64,000 nt of DNA from Octopus sinensis (taxonomy: Eukaryota): assembly GCF_006345805.1 (NCBI RefSeq), contig NC_043019.1, forward strand, positions 29,449,360 to 29,513,359, written 5' to 3'. Position 1 is the first letter of the stretch; every line of letters begins with the position of its first letter. Below are positions 11,587 to 24,675 of this stretch, piece after piece. The translations under genes were made by a program, and so were the position numbers. The notes under the pieces were generated by a model. That model ran no database searches, was not told where the DNA came from, and worked only from the letters and a program-made list of their open reading frames with translations.

Positions 11587-12169
11587 TAACAGTTTTAAAT
11601 TTTGACACAAGGCCAGCAATTTCAAGAGAGGAGTAAGTCAATTACACTGACCCCAGTGCTCAAACCGGTACTCATTTTATCCAGAATGATGAAAGGCAAA
11701 GCAGACCTCAGTGAAATAATAACAATAACGACAACAACAATAATATGGATGATGATGATGATATATAAAAATAACAACAATAATAACAATGAAGGTAAAC
11801 AGCTACATTGAATACTGATATATTAAATATATTCAAGTGTTAAAAAATATAACCAGTACAAGAATTTTAAACAGCATTTTTATCTCATAAAAAAAAACCC
11901 AGCAAAAAAAGATTATTAGAAAATATATGTAGACAGATAAAAAAATATCTGAAACACTTATGACATAAGAAACAAAGACAGTTACTCCCCTTGTTCTCTG
12001 TTATCTTTGGAAAGATTTATTAAACTTCAATCAAAATGTGACAATTTAAGTTTATATTTCTTATATACCATCTTGAGATTTTTGAACATATATTATTTAC
12101 AGAAGAAAATATTCTGCAAGCCTTCACATTCAATTAAAATTCACAAAATAATATAATTTCTTTGCTATC

Positions 12170-12528
12170 TTTTATATTTTGCTTCTTGCAGTCATTGGAT
12201 TGTGGCCACCTGGAGCAGCACCTTAAAGAGTTTAGTCAAACAAATTGACAGCAGTACTTATTTTTTCTGTAAGCCTGGTACTTATCTAATCAGTCTCTTA
12301 TGCAAACTACTAAGTTACAGGAATGTAAACAAACCAACACCAGTTTTCAAGTGGTGGTGTGGGATAAATGGATGGATAGGGACACAGTGGCTTCTTTCAG
12401 TTTTCAACTACCATATCTACTTGCAAGGTTTGGTTGACCCAGAGCTATAGTAGAAGTCACTTACCCAAGGTGTCACAAAATGAGACTGAACCCTGAACCA
12501 TGGGGACCAAACACAAACACACATACAT

Positions 12529-12566
<38 letters not shown>

Positions 12567-12578
12567 ATCATCATCATC

Positions 12579-12617
<39 letters not shown>

Positions 12618-12790
12618 TATACATGTATTCATATACACACGATGACGATGATGATAACAGGCTTCTTTCAGTTTCCATCTACCAAATTTACTCACAAGGT
12701 TTTGGTTGACCAATAGCTCTATGAAAAGATGCTGCTCAAGGTGCTACATAGTGGTACCCAACCCAAAACCATGCAGTTGAGAAGCAAGCT
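12170..12790 (-). mobile_element. Decayed family-A SINE with duplicated head segments
   Basis: Tail 12170-12370; head-like GGCTTCTTTCAGTTT at 12389 and 12660. Confidence 0.65.
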
Positions 12791-13113
12791 TATTATTCTA
12801 TATAAGTTATTATTAATACTTAACTACTAAAATTTAACCAAAGGAAAAGTCAATCAAGCAAGATGACCATATGAAAGAGTTCATAATAGAAAAGACCAAT
12901 TCCTATTTCGATTAAGATATTGCTTCTAGTGGCAGCTGACATTAATAAATGATAGCAAATTAAATGAATTTAATCTAATAATCTATTTCAGTCCATATTA
13001 TCTAATATTAAAAATCACAGAAAGCGAGAACTAGAAAAGAAACAAAGCTTGACTGCAGCCCCATATTTTAAATTTCTGAATGTCATTGTTGTCGTTAATA
13101 TTTAGCTTCAGGT

Positions 13114-13632
13114 AAGGCGGCAAGCAGGCAGAATCATTAGCGCTCCAGGCAAAATGCTTAGTGACATTCCATCCGTCTTTACATTCTCAGTTCAAATTCT
13201 GTAAAGGATGACTTTGCTTTTCATACTGTTGGGAGTTGATGAAATAAGTACCAATTTATCACTGGAGTTGGTGTAATCAATCCCACTGCAAAGCACTATG
13301 GGCAAGTGTCTTCTGCTATAGCCTTAGGCCAACCAAAGCCTTGAGAGTGGATTTGGTAGATGGAAACTGAAAGAAGCCTGTCATGTTTGTTTGTGTGTGT
13401 GTGTGTGTTGTCTTGACATCTTGTGAGAGTTGTAAATGAGTGTCACCATCATACAAGCATCGTCATTCATTTCTGATATTCTGTGAGAACATGTCTGGCC
13501 ATGAGGAAATATTATCTTGCTTGGAAACAGATGAGGCTGGCAAACAGGAAGGGCATCTCACGATAGAAATCTACTTCGAATAAACTCCACCCAAGCAGGG
13601 AAAAGTGGACATTAAAATGGTGATAATGATGA
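13114..13632 (+). mobile_element. Family-C SINE fused to a family-B SINE
   Basis: AAGGCGGCAAGCAGGCAGAATC (C head) runs to ~13280, then TCCCACTGC...GGGCAAGTGTCTTC and a B tail ending GGACATTAAAATGGTGATAATGATG. Confidence 0.7.
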
Positions 13633-14672
13633 ATGCATTCCTGGAAGTTAGTATCATTGATAAATTACTGTTGCATTAACTGATTTGCTTTAATGCCATA
13701 CTGTACTATTGACTACATCTATAGATTTTTACCAAAGCCACAAGTCCAAGCTAAGTGTTTACATCAGTCTATACATATGGTGTTGGTTAAAAATTTATAA
13801 ATATTTTCTGTAACACAGCATAGATACTTATATTAAATTGCTATTTTGGACTTGAGGCTAAAATAATGGTGTTTTTTTGTTTTAACAGTTTTCTTTTTCT
13901 TTTTTAGGAAACTTCGTCAGTGAGTGGTTTCATGTTTGAATGCAGGTGAAACTTCACCTGCAGATAAACTTCTCCACTCTTTCACAGATGCTCTTTTATC
14001 TGGAATTAATATATATTTCTATTACAAGCTAGATCTATCTGGAAAATAGCAGTTCAACACCTGAATGAAACCTATCAAGAGTAATAGCATTTCAGATTGT
14101 TTTCACTGTTAAACTTGTCGATAGAATCAAATCCCATTGTACATTATTAATCTAATGAAGACTTTTGACTGTTCTGTCGGTGTAATCGCTGTATGTACAC
14201 ACGTGTGTGCACGTGCATGTGTGTGTGCATGTACATAACTATAAATGTTTAAATACACGTACATAAAAATAGTCATGTACAGATAAAATTATACAGGTAT
14301 ATATTTGGAGTCATATCAGTATGTATCTAGGTTCATTGCGAAACTAGACCCCCAAGGGAGCCATTTAGGCATTTTGAGACGAGAATAGAACCAAACAGCT
14401 TTATTATTTATTACTTAACAATTCAGAGGGATCAATACACATTTCATCCCCAAGATGCCAAACAATAGTTGTGAAACACTACTTTTTAAAATATAAGCAA
14501 GAACATACCTGGGAACACCCTGCAACCCAACACCTCTAAATCCACCTATTTTGTATGTCATATTTTCCCCCTTCATCTCTAACAGCATGCTAATAACGGT
14601 CTGTCAAAGTTCAAATCTCATGTCACAGACAACTTTTACTGTGTCGCCACCAACTTTGTATACTGTATCAAA

Positions 14673-14903
14673 GGCGGTGAGCTGGCAAACACGTTAGTGC
14701 ACCAGGCGAAATGCTTAGCGGTATTTCGTCTGTCGCTAAGTTCTGAGTTCAAACTCCGCCGAGGTCAACTTTGCCTTTCATCCTTTCGGGGTCGATAAAT
14801 AAAGTACCAGTTTCACACTGGGGTCGATATAATCGACTTAATCCCTTTGTCTGTCCTTGTTTGTCCCCTCTATGTTTAGCCCCTTGTGGGCAATGAAGAA
14901 ATA
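14673..14903 (+). mobile_element. Family-C SINE, young copy with 16-bp TSD
   Basis: TSD TGTATACTGTATCAAA at 14657-14672 and 14904-14919; B-box GAGTTCAAACTCC; core CCTTTCATCCTTTCGGGGTCGATAAAT. Confidence 0.92.
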
Positions 14904-15160
14904 TGTATACTGTATCAAACGTAAACTTTTCACAGAACATTGCTTAAGTGACCATTTTTGCAAGTGCAGTAAGAGACCTCTGATGCAGCCTCCAAGAATC
15001 TAGAATTTCAAGGAACCCAGGAATACTGTGCAATACCATACATATACTACTGTATCCTGCAATGTACTCATTGTTTTCAAAGTTGGTTAATTTGTATACA
15101 GTGAGTTAAAGACAATTTTGTTCTTTACTTTTTTAAGTAGGTTAATAAAGGTTAAAAATA

Positions 15161-15588
15161 CTCTCTCTCTCTTTTACTCTTTTACTTGTTTACTTGTTTA
15201 CTTGTTTACTTGTTTCAGTCATTTGACTGTGGCCATGCTGGAGCACCGCCTTTAATCGAGCAAATCGACCCCGGGACTTGTTCTTTTGTAAGCCCGGTAC
15301 TTATTCTATCGGTCTCTTTTGCCACACCGCTAAGTTACGGGGACATAAACACACCAGCATCGGTTGTCAAGCAATGCTAGGGAACAAACACAGACACACA
15401 CATGCACATATATATATATATATATACATATATACGACGGGCTTCTTTCAGTTTCCGTCTACCAAATCCACTCACAAGGCTTTGGTCGGCCCGAGGCTAT
15501 AGTAGAAGACACTTGCCCAAGGTGCCACGCAGTGGGACTGAACCCGGAACCATGTGGCTGGTAGACAAGCTACTTACCACACAGCCAC
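15161..15588 (-). mobile_element. Family-A SINE, well preserved
   Basis: Near reverse complement of 10994-11388, with CpGs retained. Confidence 0.9.
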
Positions 15589-16429
15589 AGAAATTCTATG
15601 AATGTGTCCTCGTGGCTGTTAAATAAAATCATGTTCTTTACATTTCTTCATTTAATTCTCATCTTATGAACATCATACTTTATACATGGTCCAGTATGAT
15701 ATATCTTAAGAACTTTAAGTAGATTAATAAATATCAAACAGACCCTGCATTACAAGTGTATTTGAATCTGTTAAATACAACTTAGTTTTTGACTTTCCAT
15801 AGTTTATTTTATATTCTAAGTATATATTTAAACTGTCTCCAGAAAACCAGAAGATTCGGAAGCCTGTGTCACTTTCAACCCCAAGCTTGCTGGATATTTG
15901 GTCCAGTACTGTGCCTTTATGATGTATGTAATAGCACCCAAGCAATCTTCAAACCTGTAGATTGATATTTAAATTCACACAGCCATTCTTTCAATCTCTC
16001 TCTCTCTCTCTGTAGAGTTATCTTACATCACAACTTCATTTTTATCTTTTACTTGTTCCACTCACTTGACTGTGATCACACTGGGGCAATACCTTACCCA
16101 CAAAAAAACAAAGAGAAATCTTTACTCTGGGCTTTTCCTCATTCACAATTATTAACAAACATTTTACAACCTCATTGTCCACCTCTATCCTTTTTCTCCA
16201 CCTCCAACCACATTATAGTTGCTAGTACTGCCTCCCCAGCACCTTTTCGCAACTACATACTTATATGTACTCATTTCTGCTGGTTGTATTGTTTGAACTC
16301 TGGGTCAGCCTTGGTTGCACAAGCCTCTTGTGAAAGACATTCCACCCATGACATTTCCATCTTTTTTATATAATGGGGATTGCACTGTCCAATGTGTCCT
16401 TCCATTTTTGAGCTAATGGTTTTTGATAT

Positions 16430-16863
16430 GAAAGAAGATTTAGCTCTTCTCAAACACATAGTTTTGGGTTCAGTCCTATTGCATGACACTTGAGCTAGTT
16501 CCCACTACTAATTGCATGGGCCAGCCCGAAGCCTTTTCAATGATTTCATAGACAGAAACTGAAAGAAGCCCATCAAACGTGTGAGTGTATGTATGTGCAT
16601 GTGCACATCTACATGTGCATGTATGTTACTACCTCTTTGTTTTTGACATCATGTGATGTTTGTAAAAGAGTGTCACCATTAAACAACCATTGTCCTTTGT
16701 TTCCAATATTCTGTGAAAACATGTCTGGTCATGGAAAAATATTACCTTTCTTATTAGATGGGTTGGTGACACGAAGGGTACCTGGCCATAGCAATATCTG
16801 CCTCTGAAAGATTTCATCTGACCCATGTGAGCATGGAAAAGTGGGCATTAAAATGATGATGAC
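16430..16863 (+). mobile_element. Family-B SINE, decayed
   Basis: GGTTCAGTCC head, GAAACTGAAAGAAGCCC, AAAACATGTCTGGTCATGG and ATTAAAATGATGATGA tail. Confidence 0.7.
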
Positions 16864-17739
16864 GGGGGGTGCATTTATACCTGCATAGCAATCCCCTTTT
16901 GTTGCCTTTCTCTCTTCCTCACCACAGTCAACATTTTCTTTTTTCAAATCTGCTAGCCATTCTTTTGCTTTCTCCTCCTTCTGACCATTCCCCACCCTGC
17001 TCCTTGTTACTCCTTCTTCTTTGTTTACTTTCCTTTCTTTTCCTTCTCTCATCTATATTCATCCTTCAACACCAGTTGAGAGTTCTTTACTCCTCAGATT
17101 CATTCTGCTGATTGAATTATTTCTTTTACATAAAGATACACAAGAAAATAATTGTTGCTGTTGGAGGTGGTGGTGGTGGTGGTGGTGTTTTTTAACCCCA
17201 GGTTAGTTCCGACAAAGCAGAACAGTGATCAAAGATGTTGCAACTGCAACCATCCCCTTCTTTCATTTAGACTTAGCACATTCAGCACTACGTTATTCAA
17301 TGTGCCCTTTCTTTTCTAAAACGATAGTGTTTGATTTTAGAGAGATTTGGCTCCTATTTCTATAAGATCATGAAATCACATCGAAGCTTTCTCACCCCCC
17401 ACCAAAAGCTAAGACAGAAATGAAATTAGTATCAAAGAGCTATCATTTTGTTGTTTATTTAAAACAGTAGGTGTGATATGAGTGTGATCTGGCTGCTATG
17501 TTTTGCAGGTCAAGCAACTACACCGAAATACCCTTGTTGGTTTATGGAAAGGCTTATGTAATGGTGTAAGAGATGTTTGTGGCTGAGATATTACAATAGA
17601 GAGAGATAGATGCTTGCCTCTTTAAAAAAAAATGGTTTGGTATTTTTAGTATTAAAAATGTTTCAGACAAAAATATATTAAAACTATTCATGTTTCCTAC
17701 GTAATATTAGATAACTCTTGTCATAGTAGTGTGTATGCA

Positions 17740-17893
17740 TGTCTGTGTGAGTGAGTGTTTGTAAGAGACTGTATGCGTAAGAGACAAGAAAGGGAGGTTG
17801 TGTGCCCGTGTGTGTGTGTATGTGTGTGAGAGAGAGAGAGAGAAAGAGAGAGAGAAGGAAAGGGCTATATGCGTAAGAGAAAGACAGAGGAGT

Positions 17894-17924
<31 letters not shown>

Positions 17925-18930
17925 AAGAGGGGACTATGTGTATGTGTGAGTGTATGTATAAGTGTGTGTGCAAGTGTGTGAGAGAGAGAAAGAAGGGGGT
18001 CTGTGTGTATGTGTGTGTGTGTGTGTGTACATGTGTGTGTACGTACATGTGTGAGTGTATGTATAAGTGTTTGTACATGTGTGTTTGTGTGTGAGAGAGA
18101 GAAAGAGGGGGTTATGTGTATGTGTGTGTAAGTGTGTACATGTGTGAGTGTATGTATAAGTGTGTGTGCATGAGAGAGAAAGAGGGGGCTGTGTGTATGT
18201 GTGTGTAAGTGTGTACATGTATGAGTGTATGTATAAGTGTGTGTGTGCATGTGTGTGTGTGTGAGAGAGAAAGAGGGGGCTGTGTGTATGTGTAAGTGTG
18301 TACATGTGTGAGTGTGTGCATAAGTGTGTGTGCATGTGTGTGTATGTGTGTGTATGTGTGAGAGAGAGAAAGAAGGGGTCTGTGTGTATGTGTGTGTGTG
18401 TACATGTGTGAGTGTATGTATAAGTGTGTGTGCATGTGTGTGTGTGAGAGAGAGAAAGAAGGGGTATATGTGTATGTGTGTGTAAGTGTGTATGTGTGTG
18501 TATGTGTGTGTAAGTGTGTACATGAGTGAGTATGTATAAGTGTGTGTGTGTGTGAGAGAGAGAAAGAGGGGGCTATGTGCGTGTGTACATGTGTGAGTGT
18601 ATGTGTGTGTGTGTGACAGAGAGAGAGAGAGATAGAGACAGAGAGTCTATGTGTGCATGTGAGACAGTGTATGTAAGCGACAGTGCATTTGTGTGTATGT
18701 ACACGAGGGATTTTTGCATGCGTATGACAGTACGTGTATGCGTAAAAGACAGTGTATGAGTGCAAGTAAGAAAGTGTGAAGTGTGAGTAAAACTGAGAAA
18801 GTGTGTAGATAAATGTGAGTGAGAGAGAGAGATAGGGGAGTGGGAAGGAAGGAGGAGGGGAGTGAAAGAGAGAGAAAGTGTGTGTGTGTGTGTGTGTGGG
18901 GGTGTGCACGTGCATATGTGGGTAAGTGTG
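17740..18930. repeat. Compound GT/GA microsatellite with a higher-order unit of roughly 80-110 bp
   Basis: Recurring block GAGAGAGAAAGAGGGGGCT-GTGTGTATGTGTG-TAAGTGTGTACATGTGTGAGTGTATGTATAAGTGTG, about 8 copies. Confidence 0.9.
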
Positions 18931-19466
18931 TGATTGCGTGTATGTATTTTTTGAGATAAAAAGATGTTATTTTATATTGCTGATGTTCTCTGAGCCATAC
19001 ACAACAACAACAGCAACAACATTGTGGAACTTATAATAATAACAATAATAAAAAGAAGAAGAAGAGTACGCAATGATAATTATACTACTAAATGGGAAGA
19101 TGGTTTTTAACAGAATTCTCGATTATTCTACACTAACTAGGTTTCCATTCTGTTGTTCACAAAAAAAAAACAAAAACAAAAAAAAAAAACAAATGCTTGA
19201 AATATATCTTCGTTATGAAGATCATTATGTTTTAAATGCCAATTAATCATGCACATATTTATCAAGGTAAAAGTAAAAATAGACAAAAAAAAAATAAATA
19301 AATGATAATATATCTATTAAACAGGATGTGTTATCTATACACTGGTATGTGTGTATACAAACACACACACACATACACACATATGTGCGTGTATGTGTAA
19401 GTACACACACACATATATAACTATCATTATTTTACTTCCTGTTTTCATGCTGGCATGGGTGGGACC

Positions 19467-19502
<36 letters not shown>

Positions 19503-20868
19503 TCAATTTATCTTCTTTAACAATAACAAATACAGGATAACGTAAGATTTCATTCAGAGTTGGTCTATATTCATACACACATACATGTATATATACATAA
19601 GCATCTATTGTTTTTTTTTTTTTTGTGTGTGTGTATATATATATATATATATGTATATGTAATACACACACACCTTAACGTAAAGAAACATCTACCTGTT
19701 AAGAATATTCCACTTGCTTTTGTCAATTACAAATCAGGAAGGAAAAATAAAAAAGAAACAAAATATGTACTGTTAATTTATTTTACGTTTAGATTTTAAT
19801 AGAGTACATAATTTGAAATCTAATTAAAAATTGCCTCAAAGAAAAATTCAAAAAAAAAATATTCACGGTAACATTAAATGAAGTGAAAGGTAAAAGCCCA
19901 AAGTAACACCACTGATATTAAATTCATTTTACACACCATGCCTGCAAGACAACAGGTGCCACATGAACAAAAAAAAAAAAAAGAAATTTAAAACAAAACA
20001 ACAAAAATGCAATTGCTAAACAAAAAGATAAAATGAAACTTCAAAATTTCAAAAAAACCTAAAACCTATTATGCTGTCAAAAGAAAAAAAATTCTATTTT
20101 TTTCCCCCAATTTTCTTCTACACTTTAAAATAGTAAGAAATAAATTTAAAAATCAATAAATCTTAGAAAGTAAGAAACTAACAAACATTGCACACTACTG
20201 CAGCAAAATTCCAATGCATTACATTCCAATTTTTATCATCATAATCATCACTGCTGTCGTCATTGCAGTATAAATGGTGCATTTTAAACTATTTGTAATG
20301 CCATGTTACCACCATGCATGTTCTTCACTCCTCCTTTTTATTTTTGCTTCTGAAAATTGCAAAGAACTGATTCCTAAATATCCTTACTCCCTGCCAACAT
20401 GTGCAAAACGAGATTGCAAGGCAAAAAATAAAGGTGAAAATAAAAAGCTAAAGAAATTTTCTTGACACATGGTTCCAAGAAAGAAAGAAAAAGGCTAACT
20501 CAATATTAGCAGTGAGCAGCAATTTTCAGGTGATTTTTGAAGTTCGATAAATACCTTTAATACTTTCTAACATTTCTCCTCGCCATCTCCTTTCTCCTTA
20601 TATGTGTGTGTGTGTGTGAGTGTGTGTGCATGCGTGTGCATGTATATATAACAACACACCTGCATATATATAGTCATACACACACAAAATTTATTCGGTG
20701 GTTTTGCTCCTTTGAAAATGTGTAGAATATCAGATCCCTACTTGAAAATCAGAAAGGGTTAGTGACAGGAAGGGCATTTAACTGTAGAATAATGCCTCAA
20801 TAACACAAGCTAGCATGAGGAAAGGGATAAAATGAACAAGCAAATACATATGTGTATGTATGTATGTA

Positions 20869-21270
20869 TCAAAGGGTGGAGGAACTCTTGAGAGTCAACG
20901 GCCATCCAATAAATGTCTTAAGGATGTATCATGTGCAGAGACATAGAAATAATCGGACTGAATATCCGATCGCACGGTTAAACCATTGGGAGTGAAGGAC
21001 TCCTAGCCTTTGTTAGGGCATCATTCTAGGAGAAGGTAACTCAGGTAACTGGGATAACTCCAACATAAAACCTGCGGCTCAGTGGTTACCGATGAAGTTG
21101 ACTTGTTCTTCTTTTCGGATTATGGCTGCTGTTGCTTAATGAGTGGGATTGACTCAGTGCACAGCCTTTCCTCACTTTAAAAAAAATATTCTTGCACAGG
21201 CATTGCACAATAACAACATTGATTAAGCTTCATGCAATGGCCATACTCGATAACAAGGGGGCAGCCACCA
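20869..21270 (+). mobile_element. Probable RTE-group LINE 5'-UTR segment embedded in (TATG)n
   Basis: GC-richer island flanked on both sides by (TATG)n. GGGCATCATTCTAGGAGAAGGTAACTC resembles a motif I recall from RTE 5' UTRs. Ends at GCAGCCACCATG. Confidence 0.45.
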
Positions 21271-21569
21271 TGTATGTATGTATGTATGTATGCATGGACT
21301 CTCACTACTGCTGAACAACTATTGTTGGTTTGTTTACATCCCTGTAATTTAGCATTTGAGCAAAAAGTGGCTGATAGAATTTGTACCAGGCTTGAAAATA
21401 AATACTGAGGTTAATATGAGCAGTAGAAACAAAAAACTCTTGAAGATGGTGCCGCAGCATAGCCACAGTCTAATGACTGAAACCAGTAAAAGAATATCGA
21501 CTGAGTATTTATTTGTCAAGGAATATCATACAGTGCAGGCATGGTTTAAGGCACAACTGCATCTTAAGC

Positions 21570-21957
21570 CACATGTGTGGCAATGTGGTTAAGAAGCTTG
21601 CTTTTCAATCGTGTATTCTCAGATTCAGTCCCACTATGCAGCACCTTGGGCAAGTGTCTTCTACAATAGTGCCAGGCTGACCAAAGCCTTGAAAGGATTT
21701 GGGAGACAGAAAGTGAAAGAAGCCCAGTGTGTGTGTGTGATGTGGTTATAAATGAGTATCACCTTCATACAAATGATGCTTATTCCTAGTCTTTCATGTA
21801 AACATGTCTGGCCATGAGGAAACATTATGTTGCTTAGAAACAGATGGGGGTTGGCAACAGGAAGAGCATCTGGCAAAAGAAAATCTGCCTCAACAATGTC
21901 TGCCTGACACATGCAATAATGGAAAAACAGATGTTAAATGATTATGATGATGATGAT
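21570..21957 (+). mobile_element. Family-B SINE
   Basis: Head CAGTCCCACTATGCAGCACCTTGGGCAAGTGTCTTC; tail GTTAAATGATTATGATGATGATG. Confidence 0.75.
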
Positions 21958-23119
21958 TATATATGCTACAAAATGACAATAATTAGTAGTAGTTATACCA
22001 ATATTTAACTGAAACTTAAGGTGGGGGAGTTGTTTATCATTTAATCAGAGGTGGAAGAGCAGCATCATGGCTTTTCTCAGGGCCACCCAAACTGACAGTG
22101 GGGAAGAAAGGAATCCTTAAGCTGAGCAGAGTCTAGAAAAGGCACCAAATGGCAGACGGTAGTGTTAAATCATGTGACCTAAAAAGGTCACAGTGGGGGG
22201 GGGGGGGGGTTCAAATTCAGAAATGAAAGGGCTGGAACAAATACCAGAAAGCTTCCAGTCAGATGCTCTAATGTTTCCAGCAATCCAGTGCCCTAGACTG
22301 GCATTTCACCAACCCCAGAAGGATGAAAGGCAAAAGTGACCTCAGTAAGAATTTAAACTGAGCAGACTCTATTCAAGGCATCCAAAGGCTCTCTGGTGGC
22401 AGACTTATACTAGTGAGTCTACCACTCAATAACAGCAATGGTCCTTATAATAGGCTTCCAAACAGTTTCTATCTACTAAATTTCATTCACAAGGTTTCAG
22501 TTGATCTGGAAGGTATTTGTCCATAGTAGGACTGAACCTGATACTATGTAGTCATGAAACAAATTTCTTGACCTAATGCCTCCGAAAAAATGCTGAAGAA
22601 TAATACCGTCAACTTTATAGTTATAAAAAGATGATAGAAAAAAAATCTCTGTCAGAGAGCACAAACAGATGTGGAATTTCTACAAGTAGAAAATTATGAA
22701 ATAACAAGAATATCTAAGAATGAAAATGGGTAAATTAATGTAAAATGCAAGAAAACAAGAATAAAGTCATTTCTACTTCCACTCCTTAAGAATTTAAGAG
22801 ACGCAGAAAGAAGAGAAGGGATGGGAAAGAAGAAGAGAGACAAACAGTGAGAAATGGACAGAGGGGAAGGACAAATAGAAAAGATGAGAGAGATATAAAA
22901 AAAAAGATAGAGTGAGAAATTGACACAGGGAGAGAAAGAACAGATATGCAGGATGAAAATTTCTTTCATGGTAATATATGATTATTTTGATACAAAATAA
23001 TTATTTGCAATCAGTTGTAGTGACGATGGCTGTTCACAGTTTTGGCATGACTTGATAAACTTTCTCCATACAGGTCTTTTTTTTTTTTTTTTTTTTTTGC
23101 TTGAGTTTGTCATTTCTTA

Positions 23120-23280
23120 TGATAAATTCCTTTCCACTTCATATTTCTTTTTGCAGTATCTTTGAATCTCTGTCTAAGTCTTCCATGGTTTCTTTTTCTC
23201 TTGCATAGTTGGGAGTAAAGGAGTTGTCTGGGGAGTCTGCTGTTGTCCACCTTGTGTACGGGTCCCAACCAATGTAATAG
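23120..23280 (-). mobile_element. RTE/BovB-like LINE C-terminal fragment (third LINE family)
   Basis: Translates LHWLGPVHKVDNSRLPRQLLYSQLCKRKRNHGRLRQRFKDTAKRNMK, matching the LRWLGHV..RLPKQLLYGEL..GR...RFKD pattern. Confidence 0.75.
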
Positions 23281-24516
23281 TATGATACAAAAATAAAATC
23301 TATCCAGTTTGTATCAAGTACATATGAGCAACATCAAATAATGTGTAAAAATTCTGAAAAGGTATTTTTTTTGTAATATTTGTATGTGCAATATATTCTT
23401 CACACTGTCAGTTCATAAGCCACCATGTACTCTTTGAACTGAAGTGTCTTTGTTCAATAAACTCAGCTAATTAGGAAAAGGTATTTCAGAAGTGTACTTG
23501 GCATGTATGTAATTTGATATGAAACTGTGTGTTGTAACTAAAATGACAACAGCATGGAAGACACATATAAGCCATTCAAAAATACACAAAGACTCCTGAC
23601 TTCACTTAGACATTTATTAATTAGTGTCAAAATTTTCATTGCATGAAAGTGCAACCAGGTCATTGATACGATTCCACTGTGTTGTCGATATTGTAAATGT
23701 ATTAAACCAAAAAAATATGAATAAATATATGGGTTTGTATCTGTATATACTTAGTCTTGCTGTGAAATTAGGCTCTGATCATGACCTTTTTGGTAACTTG
23801 CATCCAGGGCTACTGCTTATAAATATAAATACTTCAATTTCTTTTAGATCTTTCATCATATTCACTGCAGTAGCAAAATGACGATAGTGTCTCAGCTATA
23901 ACAAAGGCTAAATAACTACCATCACAGAATTCTAACACTTATAAGCATTAGATTTTATGCCCATACAGAAACAACCTATTGCAGTACTAAAGTATAAACT
24001 ATATTCTTATGCATTTGACTCTGCTTTGAAATTAGGCCCATGAGAGCATTTTTGGCAGTTTGGAACCAACAAAATGACAGTTTAAAATACAGATTCAACC
24101 AGCCAATTTCATTGTTATATCACAGTTCTTTAGAATTTGCTTACCACTCCATCCCAAACTGCTAGTCATAGGAACAGAGCATCACTTATTAGAAAAATAT
24201 GTGCTTAAGCACACACTTATTTACGTAATGGTACAAGGTGAATGGCCAGACGAAAATATATTAGACTTCAATCAAATTACTGTTTCTTTCCAGTAATCAT
24301 TTTAATACCAGTAAGTTGGTTAAGAAAGTTTTTTCTCAAAAATGCTTCTTTTTTTTTTCTTTTATAGATATAAAAAAAAATCTTACCTTAAACAAATTTT
24401 AAAAATTCTTTAGTACGTACCTAAAATACAAAGAAAAAAGTTATTAGATTTTTGAAGGATGCCATGGAAGTCAAAACAAACAAAATGTATGTGTGTGTAC
24501 ACACACAGACACACAA

Positions 24517-24558
<42 letters not shown>

Positions 24559-24643
24559 AACCCTCCACCTCCTCCTTTTTGTCACTCAGGAAAAAAGAAG
24601 GTTTAGAGTCAGATTATATATATATATAAATAAATAAATACAT

Positions 24644-24675
<32 letters not shown>

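Noticed and set aside
13100-13120. TTCAG|GTAAGG recursive-splice-like site
   Set aside because: Created by the junction with a family-C SINE head (AAGGCGGC).
17684-18915. His/Thr-rich ORFs of 267-279 aa (likewise those at 34.3-35.5, 49.5-50.0, 56.9-57.4 and 62.7-63.2 kb)
   Set aside because: Dinucleotide repeats lack stop codons, so these are not coding evidence.
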